The notes beneath the pieces are model-generated. The model saw only the letters and a list, made by a program, of their open reading frames with translations. It was not told the DNA's origin and made no database searches. Positions 39,208-52,426 of a stretch of DNA of 64,000 bases are shown piece by piece (positions within the stretch are counted from its first letter, which is position 1; each line of letters starts with the position of its first letter). The DNA is from Polymyxa betae A26-41 (lineage: Eukaryota; Protista; Endomyxa: Phytomyxea), in the NCBI GenBank assembly GCA_003693705.1, contig RBZT01000855.1, positions 62,001 to 126,000 on the forward strand, read 5' to 3'. The position numbers and the translations under genes were made by a program.

Positions 39208-39600
39208 CGACTGGTCTCAGATCGTTACAGCAACAAAGCATGCATCGACCCCGGAATTTGCAATCACAGCAATGGAGGGTACACTCCCACTAAAACGGAA
39301 TGTTGCCCTGAAGTACTCGCCTAATAGCCGATTCGATCGGTAGGGAGCGAACGTTTTCTAAAAGCATCTCATCGAGGGCACTTCAAGACTAAGTCACAGT
39401 CATCATAGTGCTTCCATACAGTCAGGTCCTTCCCCACAGTCCAAGTTCGATCATTCGAATTTGTGATTTACGTTACATTTGCGGCAACCATCCCTGACTG
39501 CACTAGCTGCCGACTGAGCTAGGGTTTACCTTCGACCTCGTGATTGGCACCCTGTCACCTCGTACAGCACATTGTCGCACCGGCGCTGAATTGAGAGACC

Positions 39601-40132
39601 ATGTCAATGCCAGAAGGCGATGATCGGCGTCAGAGGCGGATGCAGATCACGTCGACGATCAATGCACGACTGATCGAATCTGGGGAAAGAGACCAGTAGG
39701 CAGTGACAGGATAAGCAGCGCTTTACTGATACGCATATAGACTGAAAGAACTACTACGTACTCGATTAGTTGAGGTCTGCCTAACGATTGTAATAGAAAT
39801 ACGGTCAGTGACATTGTAAGCAGTGTGGTTGGCGAGATAATTTAAAAGCCCAATGCGAAGGTATGATGTTTTCATGCATTGCTTGTGAAGGATTTTTGCT
39901 AAAAGTTAGAGTAGAATATATCAAGCGGAAAGGCTTAGAGAAGATCACTGTCGACGATCTCGTTAAGCAGATGCTTCCTTTGGCTCATAGTAATGAATAC
40001 TCAACACAACTTGTTCATTAGCTGAATCTTGTTCAAGGTCTTATACCAGAAGCCATCAAAATGGAGCTAATACAAAGACTGAAGAAATTCTTCACTGCTT
40101 CCCTTCAAGATACTCCTCCTCCTCAAATGTGA
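39601..40132 (+). CDS. ENY2: Transcription/mRNA export factor ENY2/Sus1 (5 micro-exons, absent from the ORF track)
   Basis: Spliced '[13 protein letters not shown]|[11 protein letters not shown]|[12 protein letters not shown]|[17 protein letters not shown]...[16 protein letters not shown]'. Confidence 0.9.
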
Positions 40133-40294
40133 ATCCCATACCTCTATATTTATCGCTAATATTTTATATATGTACTTTGCCTTTATCATTTATCCCAACT
40201 CCTTCATAAATTGAAAATAATGGACTCAATCTATATGGCATGATTAGATTGACACTTAAATGATGCAAATGTTCCATTGCTTTTGGTCGTGGCT

Positions 40295-41500
40295 ATGCCG
40301 GGAAGCCGATCATTGGTACATCGACGATTTGATAGAACGATGTTGTCTCGATGGCATCGGAGGCATACCGTTAAGCCTGTATACAGTCCATCAACATTGG
40401 CGCCTCCAGAGCAACGAAAGAGTTTCGATTCGAGAGAACCTGCAAAGAATCAGGATGCGTTCCGCCGTTCTGAAATTTTATCGAGAGCGAAGCATAGCTT
40501 CACAGTCGATGCTATTTCTAACTCGGAAGATCGTTTCGAGGATTCCCAGATCTCGCATGAAGGCATGGATTACAAGAACGATTCACTTTCTGACAATTGG
40601 ATTAACTATAATGCTTTTTTTACCGAGTTTTTTGAACGATCCGATCTGTCAATCTTCCGAAGGCGTTTCTCGTCTATGAGAAAGAGCACATTGACGATGC
40701 CATCTCTCCCCGTCGAAGAACCACCTTCCGATCAAGCAATTTCGGATCAATTCACGAAAATTTTCGATCCACACAGCTTCTTTGCAGCCTGGAACGGCAG
40801 CGAAGGAGTTCGCGCTTGCATCCGATGGTTTGACGAATCTCCAGGTAAGATCGGAAACCGAATGAGTGACAAAACGATAATCAAACTCTTGGGGAATATT
40901 ACCTATTTGGATGCTATCAAGATCCACGACATTGTTAATGCTTTTGGTAAATGGACTTTGAATCATATGGCATAGACCCTGAAGGCAATTTCAGAACCTG
41001 ATGGTTATCCCTCAATGACATGTATTCAATTTCATGTCTTGATATCTTGTATTCTTGCCAGAGAAGAGGGACGCCTTGGACAATTTGTGTACGTTGATCC
41101 AAGCAGACATGTTTGTATACTCACGGTTTTTAGCTATCTACATTCGGACTGGGTTTACAACTTTTTTAATAAATCTCCCAATTTCACCATGGAACGGGTA
41201 AGTAAAAACATCATCGAAAGGTGTGTATAATAGTTTCAATAGGCACTTGCTTTGATTCGTGCATTGGGTGTCCCAGAAGATCACATAATGTCGATTCTTT
41301 CAAGATTATCGATATCGTTCAACACCACAGCAACGGTGAAGGTTGGCAGCCATTATGTTCAGATACGCCCTTGATGCCCTAACCCAAACTGTAATTCGTA
41401 GATGTTGACCTTATCGTACTTCTTCATTTTAAACGAATGGGAAGTGTACAGAAATGGTCAAACCCTAGAAGTTTTGCTCGAGCAGCGTGGACAACAATGA
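40295..41500 (+). CDS. Degenerate EF-hand protein, EFCAB9-like, with a disordered N-terminus (multi-exon)
   Basis: 'VRACIRWFD...IKLLGNITYLDAIKIHDIVNAF...QFHVLISCILAREEGRLGQFVYLHSDWVYNF' parallels EFCAB9 'VTDLKKAQINIVFD...FYMLVCMLLA...GQFMYRHSRPVF' (recalled from memory). Confidence 0.5.
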
Positions 41501-41920
41501 ACATGAAACAGCAACATCGTGGTGTTAACGCGATGGGACTGAGTTCAATCCATAATCCTAAACAATAACAGTCTATCGAATGTATCGGTCACTATATAGA
41601 TATCCTGTCATTATAGATCGCTGTGAAAACTCGAAACTGTGAGCAATCTCAGTTGTCCAGCCAGCTCAACCAACTTCATAATCGGCGCTACCGACGGATG
41701 AGAATGGCGGATTGACGGGCGGCCGCGTCCCCACAGTGTAACGTTACCATGGCAGATGAGGCAACCCTCTTGCCCCCCATTAAGTGGGACTATTGACTGG
41801 GGCCCTGGACCGGAAATAGCTTCATGCACTCTCAATCGCCTTATTATCCGCTACAAAGGGGGACAAGCCCAAAGTGCAAACATCTGCTTGTAGAAGCCAG
41901 CCGTGCCGGCAAAGAACAGT

Positions 41921-42675
41921 ATGTCAACACTCAGCCAGTCGGAAAAAAGTGTATCCACTGGTCAAGACAGCGTCGGGGACTGCACGACGAGCAAGACGCA
42001 GCATCATTGCGGCCAATGTGGCCGACTCTTCAGTCGCAGGTCTCACCTGTCAAGCCATGTCAGAACGCATACGGGCGAACGCCCATTCCAGTGTCAGATT
42101 TGTAAGAAAGGATTCACCCAGAGCGGGTCGCTCTACAGGCATATGCGAAATCACGAACGGATTGTGAATCGGAACCTAACAAGTGTAACCTGTATACAGT
42201 GCTGCCGTGTATTCTTGTCCAAGAAGGGATTAACTGCTCATTTACGTGCAGTTCACAAATCTACCACGAAAAGCGATTTACTTGTAATCCCGGTATGCTC
42301 ACGTACGAATAATTCTCATTCCTGTAATATAACCAAACGCTGACCATAACTATGTTAGAATCTGTTCCGGTGGAATCTGCTACTAGCGAATGGCTGCCTT
42401 CATTCCCGCTAAACGAATACGAAGACAATTCGGCGCTATACCCTGCGAATGACGAGCAATGGGTGATGCCGTCCTTCGCGTCCATTCCGGTCGCAATCAC
42501 ACCACCAATGTCGCCAACGCTAACTGATAACGTTCAAAACCAACAAAGACAGGCTCAATGCATGCTCTGCTGGCAAGCATTTGGTCATGAAAGCTTGCTT
42601 AGTCAACATATATTTTCGACACATTTCAAATCGCCACCAGTTTCACCTGGACCCAAAATACCTTCAATTCGTTGA
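41921..42675 (+). CDS. C2H2 zinc-finger transcription factor (4 fingers, one intron)
   Basis: 'CGQCGRLFSRRSHLSSHVRTHTGERPFQCQICKKGFTQSGSLYRHMRNH' with the canonical HTGERPF linker, plus two further CxxC...HxxxxH fingers. Confidence 0.88.
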
Positions 42676-43093
42676 TCACTACTTAGAAGGTATTGCAAAT
42701 ACCGGTCCATCGCGGTGTGAACAGGGAGTGCTATCTAAGGATTTGCCTAAGCAGCTCTAATTTATTCATTGCTTAATCGCTACTCTTTGCATATTATCTG
42801 GAACTGACAGACCAAAAATGGGGATAGCTGAAGGACCTTTTAAACCTTAATATAATAAATTATTCGTATGGTTCCAATTAAAATCTTTCGAAAGAATTAA
42901 GTTAGGAATGTGCTTTTTGATTACTAGATCAAGCTTTCCTGCAAATTTCATCAGAAAATTCGGTTTTTTGGACGAAAAGCACGAAATTACATGAAGATGC
43001 CCTAATATAATCGTTCACGGACATGCTTGACTGCGTACGGGGTTGTCGCATCAACTATCGCTTCTAGCCAAAGATTGTCGCTTTCGTTCCGCC

Positions 43094-43678
43094 ATGGGTA
43101 AGGACTACCATACCTACTCGAAAACGGCGAACACGCCCCGTCGTCCTTTCGAAAAGGAGCGCCTGGATGCTGAATTGAAGCTGGTCGGTGAATACGGCTT
43201 GCGTAACAAGCGTGAAGTCTGGCGCGTCCAGTACACCCTGGCCAAGATCCGTAAGGCGGCTCGTGAGCTGTTGACGCTCGAGGAGAAGGATTCCCGTCGC
43301 CTGTTCGAAGGCGCTGCCCTGCTGCGTCGTCTGACCCGTCTTGGTCTGCTGTCAGAAGCTGAGCAGAAGCTCGATTTCATTCTGGCTATGACCGTCGAGC
43401 AGTTCCTTGAACGTCGACTCCAGACTAAGGTCTTTAAAGACGGTCTGGCCAAGTCCATCCACCACGCTCGTGTTCTGATCAAGGGACGCCACATCCGTGT
43501 CGGACGTCGCATCGTCAACGTCCCATCGTTCAACGTTCGTGTTGACAGCGAGAAGCACATCGACTTCGCTCTCACATCGCCATTCGGCCAAGGACGCCCA
43601 GGTCGTGTTAAGCGAAAAGCCCTGCGTGAAGGAAAGGGAGCCGGCGGCGGTTCTGATGATGATGAGGACATGTACTGA
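43094..43678 (+). CDS. RPS9: 40S ribosomal protein S9 (uS4), intronless
   Basis: '[32 protein letters not shown]...[24 protein letters not shown]...GRPGRVKRK'. Confidence 0.98.
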   Translation: MGKDYHTYSKTANTPRRPFEKERLDAELKLVGEYGLRNKREVWRVQYTLAKIRKAARELLTLEEKDSRRLFEGAALLRRLTRLGLLSEAEQKLDFILAMTVEQFLERRLQTKVFKDGLAKSIHHARVLIKGRHIRVGRRIVNVPSFNVRVDSEKHIDFALTSPFGQGRPGRVKRKALREGKGAGGGSDDDEDMY

Positions 43679-44204
43679 GTCGTTCGAGCCTTCGTATAAC
43701 CAAGCTTCGCAATATATAAACAGGACAGTCTTTTCTAATTCTTTACCCCTTTAGAGCATTTGGGCATGTATAGTAACTTCTGTATGGAATCAATGTTCAT
43801 AGTTAATCCAGCTTCGAACACAGGTAAAAGGCGTTTATGATCGCTTACCTGATTGATTTCTTTCACCTTTTGCTGTGTACGATAGGTACTGTAATGTAGC
43901 CAATACCACCTGTATGGGCAAATGGCGGATTACCGTCGTATGGTTGAGTACTTCTATACGTCATTCAATAGCCACACCTGGTAGCCATGTGATGAATCAC
44001 GACATGAGCGATCGAGATCTCGGTGAATCGGTGTCTGCCATAAGCAAGCCAGGCCTTGGAGGCCATGACTCAACCCTTGGATGAGCATCGCGTGTCACAT
44101 GCCCGATCTCAGTTTATATTTTATTCTGGTTTCTATTCGGTATCTGTTTATTTAATAAGCTTTTAAACTCCAAATCCACTTTTGTGCCCGTATATATATA
44201 CTAT

Positions 44205-45836
44205 ATGACCCTGGTTGGAGTTCGTCGAGCGACTGAATATCAATTATCGAATGCCAAAGTCCCCAACAGCAACACTAATAACGACTACAATCCCCAACAT
44301 GTTCGTCGCTCGCTGTTAGGAGAACGACGCTGGAGCTACGCCGTCGAGCCGTCGTCCAGCCCGGTTATCGTCTGCCCTAGACGCAAAGAATCATTTACTG
44401 GTTTCAGAAGCTCATGCTCAGCTTCGATCATTTTCGAGTCACCAACTTTATTTCCAAACTCGCTGATACCTCCAGAATCTGGTTGTATTCCAAACGCTGC
44501 TGTTCTTTTTGATCCTGAATTCAAGAACGACCTCACCCTGACTATGAGAAACCCTGAAACAGAGCATGTACAGCGTCGCATACATTTGATCGATTTCTCT
44601 CGGTCGAAACCTGAATCGTCCTCAGCCAAGCCTCGCGCGAAAACAATTCGATCGTTTAATGCTCGATTGAACAGCTTTGCTCAGAGAGGCAACTACTTAG
44701 AGATTCTGTCATTGATCAAAGACGTTCAAAATGGGGCGATCAACATCTCTGGTCCACTTAACACTTACTCCTTCACGATCCTATTGAAGGCATACTGTAA
44801 TGCTGGCAATCTGGCCGCTGCCCGAAAACTTCTGGAAACCATGCACACGTTCGATGAGAACAAGCGCCCGAACCGCTTCACCTACAATACTCTGATGAAC
44901 GCCTTCATTCGCTGGGAAGACATTCAAGGCGCCACCGAACTGTTTGAGTTCATGGAGACCAGTGACGATGAAAGCATTCGACCGGATCATGTCACATTTA
45001 CAACGTTGATGAAGGGCTATGCTGCAACTGGTAAGCGATCCTCTAAATCACCTTCTGGCTTCGTCATTGATTGTTGAGAAGATATGAAAGCTGCAGCAAG
45101 TCTCTTCCAGCGTCTTCGCGACCACCCAGACCCTGATTGTCGACCCAATCAAGTGACGTACAATACGATGCTGAAAGGTTTCGTTGCCGAGGGCGACATG
45201 GACTCGGCTGATCGTCTCGTGGAAGAAATGCTCCACGATGCGGAATGCCGACCCGATATCGTTTCAATGAACACGATTATCGGCGGCTACGCGAGACAAG
45301 GGAACTTGCAGCAAGCTCGAGAGTATTTCGAGCAGATGCGATCACATGATATCATTCCAAATGCTGTGACGTTGCATGCCTTGATTGAAGGCTCTGTTCG
45401 GAAAGGTGATATGGAGTATGCTGATTACCTGTTTCAAACGACGATCAACGACAGGAACCCAGTGACGCTATCAGCAGCGACGTATCGTGCAATCATCGAA
45501 GCTTGGGTGCGGTTGGGCGAGCTACAGAAAGCCGAGTTCGTATTCTGCCATCAGATGGCGCTTAGCGATCCTGCCAACCAACCAAACCAGACAACATGTA
45601 TGCTCATGGCTGCTGCTTTCTCGCAGGCTGGCATGGTCGATAAGACGGCGTCGATGTTTTCGCGCGGCACGACTCGCCATCGCTATTCGATGGGAAACGT
45701 CCACGATTCGACGCCTGTCTGTTTCGAACCAAACGATTCGCATCCTCAATATACAGCGCTTCGTACTGGACTAAAGAAACGAGAATCCGTCGCTTCCTTC
45801 AGCAGCGATGATTTCGCGTTAAAGCTGAATTTCTAA
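44205..45836 (+). CDS. Pentatricopeptide-repeat (PPR) protein, copy 1 (intron ~45031-45078)
   Basis: P-type repeats 'PNRFTYNTLMNAF', 'PDHVTFTTLMKGY', 'PNQVTYNTMLKGF', 'PDIVSMNTIIGGY', 'PNAVTLHALIEG'. Confidence 0.92.
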
Positions 45837-46169
45837 GCAATACTGAGTGTATTGACAACACGCTTAATTTCTAAACCAGGGTCTAATATCTAAACCGAGG
45901 GCCATTATTTGTAATTAACATTTATTGGTATATTTAAGTTTACGTGAATAAATACTATATCCAATCCCTTATCATATTCAGGCTGGTCTAGTTACCAATA
46001 GGCAGGTTGTCCTTTCGTTCAATCAATTGTTCCTGTGTAGGCAGATATTATCTCAGGCCTATAGTGTGACCTTTTCTTTGCCAGTGTCACAATTGTCAAC
46101 AATCGCAGTCTCTCCCATTCTGCTTACGAGTTGCTCTCTGAACGCCTTCATCCAGGTTTAGTTTTGCTG

Positions 46170-47365
46170 ATGTCAGGGGCTCGCAAACCAGGACGACATC
46201 AATCGCAAGTTCTGCATTCTGAAGAGACTAAGATTTGGACAATCCGATTGTTCAACGCTCATTTGAACAGTTTGGCTCAAAGTGGAAAATTCGCTGAGAT
46301 TCTGTCCAAGATTGACGATGCTCAAAAAGGGATCATTGAACTAGCCAATCCGCTCAACACACATACTTTCACAATTCTTTTGAAGGCTTTTGGCAACGCT
46401 GGCAACTTGGTTGCTGCCCGGAGGCTTCTGGACGCCATGCACAGTTTCGATGAGGGCAAACGCCCGAATATCTTCACCTATAACACAATGCTGAACATTT
46501 GCATCCGAAAGGGAGATATGAGAGGTGCCAGACAGCTGTTCGAATTATTGGAGTCCAACCAGATAGACAATGTTCGTTCTGATTGTATCACATATACGAC
46601 CATGATCAAGGGATATGCTGCTAATGGTAAGTAGTCACCTGAATCCTTAGCTTCATTCACTTATTGTGCTTAACAGGGGATATGCAAGCTGCCGATAATC
46701 TATTCAAGCGTATTCATCATCATCCTGATTCCGAATGTCGACCTACTCAGGTGACGTATAATACCATGATGCAAGGGTTTGTTTCTAGGGGTGACATCGA
46801 GTCTGCTAATCGTCTTCTGGAACAAATGTTTCAGGATGATGGAATCCCTCCTGATGTTGTCTCCATGAATACGATCATGAGCGCCAATGTAAAACAAAGA
46901 AACCTACAACGTGCAAAAGACTGGTTCCAGCAGATGCGAACCAAAGAAATTGAGCCTAATGCAGTCACATACCAGATCTTGATAGAAGGATCCATTTGGA
47001 ATAATGATATGGAATATGCTGATATGATGTTCCAAGATGTCATCAATGCCAAGAGCCCTATAATACTGTCTGCAGCCGTCTATCACTTCCTAATAGAAAC
47101 TTGGTTACGACGAGGCAATCTACAGAAAGCAGAGTTCGTATTCAACCATCAACTGTCACTTACAAAACCAGAAAGCCAACCGGATGAGAAAACATTGATG
47201 CTCGTGGCTGCTGCTTATTCACACTATGGTATGACCGACAAGCTGATGGTAGTTCTGTCACGAATCACAAATGGGGTTAATGACTCGACTCCAGCCTACT
47301 TCGAACCAGAGAAAAAAAGTCGTGCTGACAGCAACAAACATGCAATTGGCTTCTTCCAGCGCTGA
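46170..47365 (+). CDS. PPR protein, copy 2 (tandem paralogue, intron 46627-46676)
   Basis: Collinear repeat-for-repeat with copy 1 ('PLNTHTFTILLKAFGNAGNL', 'KRPNIFTYNTML') and has the same intron position. Confidence 0.9.
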
Positions 47366-48007
47366 CTGACAATATCATGGTGAAATACAAAACGAGTAAT
47401 ATGAATACAACGCTACCATTGACAATCGAGGGTGTGCTGCCCAGTCAATATCGCTTTATCACTCGGCATTACAGTGGAGTAATAGCTACAACATACCTCC
47501 TACCCATAAAGGAAACCTTTCAGCCAGCTGCCCTCGCAAAATATCTGCAAATTATTTCATAGAGGTTCGTGAGTTTTGCGAACTGCAGTCTGCCAGTCTC
47601 TATCCAGAAAATCGTGTTGTCATTCATTCAGAAGCTCGTTTATTTGCAGTTTGCATCGATTGAAGTGCAGAGTTTTCAGGTTTCTGAAATTATATGCCGG
47701 ATTTCCAGGTTTTTGCATCGACGGAGCTCATTTTCAATAAAATGCAATGCTAAAAATAGAGCGCAAGCCGCAAACGGCAAATCTGATTGGAGGGTTGCTC
47801 GTTTGTTTTCCGCATTTTTGCACTTGGATATGCTCTTAATACCAACAGTGACGGTTTTCACTTTTCGCCATGGTAATTGAGGGTAATGTTACAAGTACTA
47901 TGCAGTCATGCTGCAGCCTTTCATGTTATCAGTAGGGGCTCTCTTTTCATCTTCGAATTCGCAGCTCATCTCCTGCTGGGTTGGTTCAGCCAGACCTTGC
48001 TGTTTGG

Positions 48008-50750
48008 ATGTCGGCCGTTCGAAATTCAGAACCCCGGCAATCTCGTACTCTGCTTTCTGATTATTATGGCCTGCAACGCGCTGAGAGTCCCGGTATGGCT
48101 CAGATCGTCTGAGGATTTCAATGAACAATTTATCGGAATTATAGGACCACAGGATTCATCTTCTGACGATAAGGACGAGTTATTTGATGAGCAAGTTGAT
48201 GCGATTGCAGCATTGCCAGAGAATGCTCTCTCTGCTGACCCATTAGACCATCAAGATTTCGAATTGGGGACCTATGTTCATGATCTCATCTCAAAGAGCA
48301 CAGTTAAGTATGCAGATTCTGTATCAAAGCAGAACATTTCATTGAAATCAGTTTCAGAGAGCTCATTGAAATTGACAATACCATAACCGGAGAGATTAGG
48401 ACGCTTGACAATGATTTACAAATGCTTGTTTATGAGAACTATGCTAAGTTTATTGCTGCAACTGATATCATAAAAGAAATGCAGGTTCTATTGGTTCTTC
48501 AGCAAAATCTATTTTGTATCAACTCTATTTAGCTTAAAGTGGATAACCTATACTCTGATATGTCGAAGCTAAAGTCGACCATTGATACACTCGGTATGAC
48601 ATTACCAACATCAGCAATCTTTTCAATCACATGTTTTCTGTAGGAAATTATTATACGGCAGCTGAGCAAGTTATCGATCCACAAAGGTCCAAGATCGAAC
48701 GGCTTCTTGGACTATCTAGGCTTGTTGGCAGATTGAACTTTCTTTTCGATATGCCGGATCGCCTCAGATCTGAAATATCAAAGCAAAATTATGCAAAGGC
48801 TATCTCAATGTTTACAAGCTCATCCCAGATTCTGGAACAATATAGCTCCATAAAGTCGTTCCAGGATATTCGAAAAGAATCGGATCAAATCCTCCAAGAC
48901 TTAAAGTTGAAACTACGCTCGAAGCTACAAAGTTATGAAAATGCTAAAGCAGTTGAATTGATTTCTATTGCAACTCTTTTGTTAAGATTAGGTGAAGAAC
49001 CTTCGCTGCTTTGGCATGATATCTTAAGTACGATTGATGAATCTGATTAGCCCCCTTCTGACTTCAAAATAGGTTCTAAGCGCGACTGGTTCTTGATAAA
49101 CCTCGAAAAGGCAAAAAAAAATGATACTTCTACTGCACATTTACTGAAAAGCCTGCGAATGTGCTTTGCCGAGGAATTTGCCGAATTTGCAACCGGATTT
49201 AGAGATCTTTTTTTGCCAGCCCTACCAGGAGCTGCCTCCTCAAACGTATTGAAGCCTGTTTTTCTACGTGGTTATTTCTCTAAAACTATATTGATATTAT
49301 TTAGGAACAGCAGGTGCCGAGAACGATTCACGATGATGCTCTGGTTGCTCTTAATTCGTTCAGTCGACAGGTCCTTCTCATAGTGTTGCATCTCTTGCTG
49401 TTGATTAGAATAGGTTTTCACAATGTATCTCGAAGATGCCCGTTATACTCTTATGAAAATTGTGGAAGAACTATCATCCACCGACCTCAGTAACGATGAA
49501 CATCGTTGTCAGTTAGAAATTCTTGTCAACGAGGTTAAATCCCTTTTCGATGTGGCTGGCGCTGTCGAAAAAGCAGTACCTTCGTCACGACTCGGTACCC
49601 GTTGTAAAGAGGTCGGCGATGGTGTTATCAAGCGAACAATTGTGTCAGTGTTCACACACTGCCATCGTCATACTCTTAAGAGTGTGGTCTCCTATGTTCG
49701 CCAAACGTCGCCAACGATACCAAACTCTGACGAGTGTATCAAGCAAATCCATGAACACCTCAAATCAGCATCATTGGATGTTAGTTCAATATGCAATTAT
49801 CACCCACAAGCAGATAAATTGATTCAAGGTCTCATTGCCGGAAAATCCAATTAGTTAGTTTCTGAATCATTTCGACAGACTTGTTTTTGGATGCATTGGG
49901 AAATGTTCAGACATTGTTGCTTGGAGACAATGGAGTTGTGAATTCTGAAGCTGCCGTCCAAGTTACTGCCAACAAATTCGAAATTAGGAGGTCTCTAGCA
50001 GCTTCAGTCAAGAAAGTTTCTCCATTAATCCTCCTTCGATTATCAAAGCTCTGTGCCCCGTGCCAAGGGTTCGTTTTGCCTGAGCTGTTCGAGTATCTTG
50101 CCGGATTATTCCCGTCAGTATCTGCTTCGCCTGCCTTCAACAGAAAGTGTGCCACGCTCGTGCAACTATTCAAAGAAACTGAAAAGGCATTACTGAACGC
50201 AGCTGCTCGCCAAGCTGGAATGGATATGTCTGTGCACTTTATGGGAAGGCATGAAACCATGTCAATTGCTCCTACACGGCCAAGCGAGCGCATGTTTTCA
50301 TGGAAAAGTACAGTTCTGGAGTTCCAGCAGCATTTATCAGCAATCTACTCGCAACAAGCTATCGAATCACATTCAAAGCATCCAGTTTCGCCCGGTCGTC
50401 CTATGAGACGGAACGACATTCATCGGATGTTCGCACAGACCCATACAACCCCCATTTTTGTTAGCGTCGAGCCAAGCCTTGAATCTCTACTTCACACCGC
50501 CATCAAAATTGCATTCAAAGCTTGGGTTGAGTTTATCCGTCTCAACACTTTCACCGTTATGCAATTCCAGCAAGTCCAAATAGATGTGTTCATGGCTCGT
50601 GTTAACATACCACCTTGTCTGGGTTCAAATCGCTCAATTCTGGACTCGTTATTGAATGAAGTTATAACCAGCGCCATGGATTCATGCAATGATAGTTCTG
50701 CCGAACTTCCCCCAGATCTGGTGGAGCGTTATGGCTCCGTATCACAATAA
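48008..50750 (+). CDS. VPS51: GARP/EARP complex subunit VPS51 (multi-exon)
   Basis: 'TLLSDYYGL', 'EIRTLDNDLQMLVYENYAKFIAATDII', 'LNFLFDMPDRL', 'KAWVEFIRLNTF...QQVQIDV'. Confidence 0.92.
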
Positions 50751-51230
50751 ACTAAAAGTGATCTGTTGCGTTTGCGTCCATGCCTTCTGCTAAGGACATA
50801 CAATATAGTTTAAATGTTCAGTACAAGGTGGTGCTAGATTATCTGTTAAATAAACGAACAATGTAGCTTCCGCTATTTGAAGACACTTAGTTCGTATGGA
50901 GGAAAGTGCAAGTCGTGAATACAGTTGGGCTAACTCGTAAGGAGAATGATGAGAATATTTATAAAAGTAATCCTGATTGCAATCTCAGTACTAGATGGCT
51001 CTCCTCACGACACATCTCAACGAACTTCGACTGAGTCAAGCTAAACAATTTGGGACCAACATAACATTCCAGTTTGTCTTGAAACCAACACGCTGGACCG
51101 AACCCGACGTCAGAGTTGACGAGATGAGAACTGCCCCATGAAAACTACGAAAATTTTGTGTGACAGACGGTTATAGATGTTGTTATCGTTAAATTCCTAT
51201 TCGCTCTAGCAGACGCCCAGTTCTGCAATC

Positions 51231-52106
51231 ATGGCGGATTTAAGCAAAGGCGGTCTGGTGAAGGCTAAATCCAACTATCTCAGCGATGCGATTCGGGACG
51301 GACAGAACGCTTCCGTCATGGTCTCGTTCGCCCGACAGGACAAAGCGTTCGTCCAGATGCTGGTCACGACCCTGAAAGCGCAAGTCAGGACGATCTGGGT
51401 CGATTGGGAGGACGTCCCTCCAGTTACGTATTGCCGCCAACCGTTTTTATTTTGGTGGCCGTACCCGACCATCTGAAACCTGAACCGATTTTAGAGCAAT
51501 GATTGGCTGGACGAGATCCATCGTGCTGTCGAACGAATGGACGTCTGTCTGTTGGTGCTGAGCCCAGATTCAGTACGGACCGAGGTCGTCAGCTGGGAGA
51601 TCGAGCACGCTGTCAAGAACGGCAAACGGATCGTGCCGGTCGTCTGCCGGGACGTGGATTTCGCCGAAGTCCCGCCCGAGATCGCCAAACTTGAATGGAT
51701 CATCTTCCAGGACGGGACGGATAATATCGAAGCTGCCATGAAGCTGCTGCAGCAGGTGATCGATAACGAGCTGCATCATCTGAAGTTTCATACAGTGATC
51801 TTGAACCGGGCACTGCTATGGTCGAATAGCGATTTCGATAAATTCACGTTGCTGACCGGTGACGATCTCGATCGAGCTAAAGCCTGGCAATCAGCGTCGG
51901 CGCTGGGCAAGGAACCCAAGCCCACCGCCTTGCAGATGTCGTTCATCAATGCGTCGGCGACGATGGCGGCGACCAGACAGAGGCGAAAGGTGATCGCCTT
52001 GTTCTTCCTATTCATCCTGGTGATCGCCATCATCTTCCCATCCTGGGGCGTCTTCTTCTTCGCTCTCATCTTCGCGCATTTCTTCGTCTATTTCGCCTCC
52101 AGCTGA
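51231..52106 (+). CDS. TIR_2 domain protein with C-terminal transmembrane anchor (intron ~51423-51494)
   Basis: '[13 protein letters not shown]...[10 protein letters not shown]|[13 protein letters not shown]...LLVLSPDS...[17 protein letters not shown]'. Ends in '[41 protein letters not shown]'. Confidence 0.9.
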
Positions 52107-52426
52107 ATAAATCAACCGGTTTTTGGGAATCCGGACTAAATGCTGCGATGGTCAGGTGAGACGTCGTTCCGGGGGGCCGTTCTGGGCCAGCACGACACCG
52201 AATGTGTTTCATCCAAACCGGATTCGATTTTTGTTACTGCCTTTCGAACAACCAAACCATCAATCGGTTGACATCAAACACATGATGGCAATTTGATTAA
52301 GAAAAGTTTCGAAAAAAAAATGTTTAAAAAAGTGCACTGCGTAGCCGTTTATTGGCGCCGATCTGTCATATCGTTATCAATTAGGTTGGTGTCGTATCAG
52401 CCACGCCTCTCGGGCTGGTCGTCGTC

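Noticed and set aside
43114-43671. 185-aa antisense ORF over RPS9
   Set aside because: Expected shadow of strong codon bias in a highly expressed gene; no independent motif.
51231-52106. Bacterial contamination as the source of the TIR gene
   Set aside because: It needs a GT-AG intron to restore the reading frame and is contiguous with the eukaryotic VPS51 and SRRM1 genes.
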